A DNA stretch of 64,000 bases, from the NCBI GenBank assembly GCA_965233585.1, contig CBDDTI010000747.1, positions 832,001 to 896,000 on the forward strand, read 5' to 3'. A program made the translations under genes and the position numbers. Within the stretch, counting starts at the first letter, position 1; each line of letters opens with the position of its first letter. Under the pieces are notes generated by a model. The model worked only from the letters and a program-made list of their open reading frames with translations. It had not been told where the DNA came from and made no database searches. This document shows positions 60,106 through 64,000 of this stretch, one piece after another. This DNA is from a bacterium. Lineage in GTDB: Bacteria; SAR324; NAC60-12.

Positions 60106-61449
60106 TTAAAACGTTGCCAATGGTCTTGGCATTTCTTGTGCTTCAAGCGAGTACTTTTTTGTCCCTGTGATTTTGACACGAACGAGGTCTCCAAGTTTGG
60201 CTTGACTGTTTTGAATGACCACAGAGAGATTTTCTCTTGACTTGCCAGACCTTGAACGTACATCTTTAGGGTGGCTTCCTTCTACCAACACTTCTTGTTC
60301 TTTGCCTTGTAATTCTTGCTGAATTTCTTCAACAATTTGCTCTTGAACTTCCAACAAAGTTCGCAAACGTTCCACCTTCACAGAGTCTTCAAGTTGTCCG
60401 TCATATTTTTCTGCAGGAGTCCCCGGTCGTATGGAGTATTTAAACGCATAAATTTGATTAAAACGGATTTTTTGAATGGCATAAAGAGTCTGTTCAAAAT
60501 CTTCATCTGTTTCACCGGGGAAACCAACAATCAAATCGGTAGAAAGTCCTGCATGGGGAATCTTTGAACGTAGCAAATCCACCTTCTCAAGAAACTGTTC
60601 CAAAGTGTAACGTCTCTTCATTCGCTTCAAAATACGGTCAGAACCTGCTTGCAAGGGTAGGTGCATGTGTTCACAGACAGAAGGGAAGTCACGCAACGCA
60701 TCTGCCAATTCAGCATGAAAGTCTTTTGGGTGTGGGGAAGTAAAGCGAATGCGTTGGATTCCCTCTATTTGGTCTAACTGTCTTAATAGTTCCACAAAAT
60801 TCACTCCTTTTGTACGATAAGAGTTGACATTTTGCCCTAATAAACAAATTTCTTTGACACCTTTATCTGCCAACTTGGTAGCTTCTTCAATAATGTTTTC
60901 AGGTTCGCGACTGACTTCCAAACCTCTGGTTGTTGGCACAATACAAAAGGTACAAAAATTGTTACAACCTTTGGTGATAGAAATGTAGGATTTGATGCGA
61001 GATTCAGGCAGATTGAAGGCAAAATCTGGAATGTAATTGCGTACCTTTTGACGGTAAGCAACACGTTGGGTTTGCACAACACGTCTGCCTTGTTTGGCTT
61101 GTTGCAACATGTCTGGCAGGTCAAAGAGATTGTCTGTGCCAAACACAAAGTTCACGTTGGGGTCTCGCCTCAAAATAGCTTGCCCTTCTTGTTGAGCAAC
61201 GCACCCCCCTACTCCGATTAATAAATCTGGGTTTTTGACTTTGAGAGGACGGAACCTTCCTAACTGCGAATAGACCTTTTGTTCTGCTTTTTCACGCACT
61301 GAACAGGTATTGAGTATGATGAGGTCTGCGTAGTCAGGAGAATCAACATAGGTGTAGTTTTCTTCATTTAAGACTCGCAACATCTTTTCAGAGTCATACT
61401 CATTCATCTGACAACCAAAAGTTTGAATGTTTACTTTTTTATCTTGCAT
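60106..61449 (-). CDS. miaB: tRNA-i6A37 methylthiotransferase
   Basis: TFGCQMNEYDSE, NTCSVREKAE, CNNFCTFC radical SAM motif, TRAM domain. Confidence 0.96.
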   Translation of the reverse strand: MQDKKVNIQTFGCQMNEYDSEKMLRVLNEENYTYVDSPDYADLIILNTCSVREKAEQKVYSQLGRFRPLKVKNPDLLIGVGGCVAQQEGQAILRRDPNVNFVFGTDNLFDLPDMLQQAKQGRRVVQTQRVAYRQKVRNYIPDFAFNLPESRIKSYISITKGCNNFCTFCIVPTTRGLEVSREPENIIEEATKLADKGVKEICLLGQNVNSYRTKGVNFVELLRQLDQIEGIQRIRFTSPHPKDFHAELADALRDFPSVCEHMHLPLQAGSDRILKRMKRRYTLEQFLEKVDLLRSKIPHAGLSTDLIVGFPGETDEDFEQTLYAIQKIRFNQIYAFKYSIRPGTPAEKYDGQLEDSVKVERLRTLLEVQEQIVEEIQQELQGKEQEVLVEGSHPKDVRSRSGKSRENLSVVIQNSQAKLGDLVRVKITGTKKYSLEAQEMPRPLATF

Positions 61450-61543
61450 CAGCTTTTCTTATTTAAATTTGGGAAATCTCTGGCTTTTCAGTATATCATA
61501 CCTGTTTCTTCACTTTCACCACCCACAAAAAACATTCTCAAAA

Positions 61544-62695
61544 ATGCCCATTCGTCTAGTGATTTCATTTGTTCTGTTTTCTTTTTCTATTGGAATCATG
61601 GCAGTATTTACACCATTTTTTGCTCCGCTATGGATGGAGAAACAAGGCATCACACCTGAAAAGTGGGGGTTGATTGCTTCGGCTGCCATGATTGGTAAAA
61701 TGATTTTTGTTGTGTTTATTTGTGAATTGAGCGACAGGCGTGGTTCTCGTAAACCCTTCATCGTCCTAAGTTCAGGTCTTGCAGCTTTGCTAATGCTTGG
61801 ATTGTATGAGGTCAATCAAATTTTTACAATAGGCATCATTTGGTTTGCTGTTTTTCTATTGATGGGTAGTTTAGTTCCACTTTCTGACGCTCTTTTGCTC
61901 ACTTCGCTCAAGCATGACAGCAAGGCTTCGTACAATGTTGTGCGTTCCTGCATGTCTTTGTCGTATCTGGTTTTTGCCTTTGTTGGTGGTTGGATATTGG
62001 AGGAACATGGACTGGACAAATGGCCTATTCTGGCATCGGTAAGTATGTTGTTGGTCTTTGTCTGTGCGTTGCTGATTCCAAATTTTTTGACACCTGTTGC
62101 AAGGGGTTCCAAATCTCCCACGTTAGCCACCTTAAAACTGCCATGGATCAAACCCTTCATTTCAGTTGCCGCTTTGATTTGGGCATCGCATGTGGGCTTG
62201 ACGGTCTTTGCCCCTATCTTTTGGAAGTCATTGGGATTTCAAGAAGGGGATTTTGGGTTGCTTTTAGCGGCAGGGATTATTCCCGAAATCATCATTTTTT
62301 TCATTTATCGACGTTTTGCATCAAAAATCAGACCTACGTTGGCTTTGGTGGCTTCTGCCATTTTTTCTGCACTGCGTTGGGTTTTAACAGCACATGCCAC
62401 CTCACTTGAAGAGATGGCACTCATTCAAACTTTGCACGGTTTTACCTTTGCAGTGACTCATGCGGCAGTGATTGAATTTTTAAGAATTAACGTTCCCCAA
62501 GAATTGAGGTCTTCAGGGCAAGCTGTTTATGATGTGATTGCAGTCACAGCCGCACCTGCTATCGCAGCAACTTTTATTGGACTCGTCTATCAACATTCTG
62601 CTCAATATGCTTTTTACACAACTGCTGTGATTGCACTGCTTGCCTTGATTCCTTCCATTTATATCCTGACTTTTAAATCGCATTATGGGACTTAA
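61544..62695 (+). CDS. MFS transporter (HcaT/PPP-like)
   Basis: About 12 TM helices, SDRRG motif, QTLHGFTFA. Confidence 0.82.
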   Translation: MPIRLVISFVLFSFSIGIMAVFTPFFAPLWMEKQGITPEKWGLIASAAMIGKMIFVVFICELSDRRGSRKPFIVLSSGLAALLMLGLYEVNQIFTIGIIWFAVFLLMGSLVPLSDALLLTSLKHDSKASYNVVRSCMSLSYLVFAFVGGWILEEHGLDKWPILASVSMLLVFVCALLIPNFLTPVARGSKSPTLATLKLPWIKPFISVAALIWASHVGLTVFAPIFWKSLGFQEGDFGLLLAAGIIPEIIIFFIYRRFASKIRPTLALVASAIFSALRWVLTAHATSLEEMALIQTLHGFTFAVTHAAVIEFLRINVPQELRSSGQAVYDVIAVTAAPAIAATFIGLVYQHSAQYAFYTTAVIALLALIPSIYILTFKSHYGT

Positions 62696-63882
62696 AAGCC
62701 AAGCCCTGCCAGAAGTGCATCCACATCATTTTGAGAACTTTTTTGACCCTCTAAATCATCAGGACCTTTCAAAGCAACCTTGTGACCATCAGCAGCTTTA
62801 TCTAAACGGGTAAAAAAGTCACCCTTTGTCATCTCTTTCTCCTCAGCACCAGTACTTTCAACAAATTTCAGATACTGGCGGATTAACTCCAGCAACCTCA
62901 TTTCTAACGATTCCATGAAGTCAATGATTTTTTTCAATGTCTGACCTGCAAGGTCTTGAAAACCCTGATTGGTCATCATCTCTATAAAATAAGTTTCATC
63001 TTCTTGGCAAAAAGTGATGAGTTTCTCGTAGCCTCCTTGTAGTTTGGTCTTGATTTGTTCTTGGACAACACCTAGGGAATCTGCGAGTTGAGGGTGGTCT
63101 TGAATCATTTTTTCAAGGGATTCTGTGATTTGCAAGCATTCTTGTTGTAAGTTTGAGCAAATTTCCATCTTCTCAGAAGTCCTTGCCATAAATTTTTCTA
63201 AATACTCCAAATTTTGGTCTGCCGCACTTTCCAGACGTTCCATCACGATGTTGATTTTTTGTACGGCATCAGGCATTTCTTGGGTGGCAGAGCGGAGTTC
63301 ATCAAACTCATTTTTTTGGGTGAAGTCTTGAAACAAGTTGTAAATATCCCTTGTGATTTTGGCAACTTCACCGATGATGCCTTCACTGCTTTGACTCACG
63401 GCTTGCCTTTGAATTTCACCCAATGCTTCCTCTACCTTGTCAGAATCTTGTTGAAGAATGGCACAAAAAAGAGAATCTGCTTTGTGGATCAAAGGGGTTA
63501 GCTTTTTTGAGGTAGATTCATTGAGATTGTGAGTGAGCTTTTTCATGGATTCTAGGTCAGATTGAACCCGTTTTTTGATGTTGGCAACCTCAAGACAAAC
63601 CTCTTTTTGTTGGGTAGGAGGTAACATGAAGGTTAATTTTTGGGGCTGGATATGAGCCAGTGAAAACTCCAAAGTCAACTTCACCATGTCAAGCAAATGA
63701 AACCGAATGTTCAAAAGATTCAGCTGCTCTTGGTGACATTTTAAAAAATCAGACACCTCCTCTGTTTGGAAATCCTCACACTGGTTCAGCAAGACATTTT
63801 GATATTCTTCAACCCACCTGCTAAATGCAACAAACTCATCAATGAGGTTTGTTTTTTCAATCACAATTTTTTCTAAAGACAT
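62692..63882 (-). CDS. cheZ: Protein phosphatase CheZ-like with N-terminal extension
   Basis: QGFQDLAGQTLKK, C-terminal SQNDVDALLAGLGF. Confidence 0.85.
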   Translation of the reverse strand: MSLEKIVIEKTNLIDEFVAFSRWVEEYQNVLLNQCEDFQTEEVSDFLKCHQEQLNLLNIRFHLLDMVKLTLEFSLAHIQPQKLTFMLPPTQQKEVCLEVANIKKRVQSDLESMKKLTHNLNESTSKKLTPLIHKADSLFCAILQQDSDKVEEALGEIQRQAVSQSSEGIIGEVAKITRDIYNLFQDFTQKNEFDELRSATQEMPDAVQKINIVMERLESAADQNLEYLEKFMARTSEKMEICSNLQQECLQITESLEKMIQDHPQLADSLGVVQEQIKTKLQGGYEKLITFCQEDETYFIEMMTNQGFQDLAGQTLKKIIDFMESLEMRLLELIRQYLKFVESTGAEEKEMTKGDFFTRLDKAADGHKVALKGPDDLEGQKSSQNDVDALLAGLGF

Positions 63883-64000
63883 TCCATCTCCTCAGATATT
63901 TTATTACTCAAGTTTTTCTCATAAAATCCGATACTTTCAACAAGTATCCGCTGTTTGGATACCATCTTACCACCTTATCAGGAGTTTTTATGAATATTGA

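Overview
AT-rich bacterial chromosomal window; the lptB-rpoN, CheY/CheZ, FleR-like and BamD/CpoB content suggests a delta-proteobacteria/SAR324-like organism (inference). Most genes are housekeeping: lptB, rpoN, pspA, tRNA-Met, sohB, tdh, lhgO, dacB, mlaE, cyaY, phnW, ilvA, glgA/glgC/glgB, purH-type transformylase, trpC, tsaD, glyA, purQ, miaB. Three accessory features stand out. (1) A 1299-aa type V CRISPR effector of the Cms1/Cas12a2-Cas12a3 lineage with an intact RuvC triad and Zn ribbon (33217-37116). No array or cas1/cas2/cas4 is visible in the window. It is paired with a 687-aa RNase H-like (DUF3800-like)+TPR protein, and both lie between trpC and tsaD. (2) A collagen-like surface lipoprotein whose likely ATG is separated from the coding frame by ten 8-bp repeats, predicting slipped-strand phase variation, currently OFF. 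(3) A SiaABC/slr1658-slr1659-like partner-switching cluster with an adenylate cyclase, a probable pseudokinase and a STAS-methyltransferase fusion (46719-53796), interrupted by a tandem-repeat DUF1640-like gene. All family calls come from motif recognition by eye; no database search was run.
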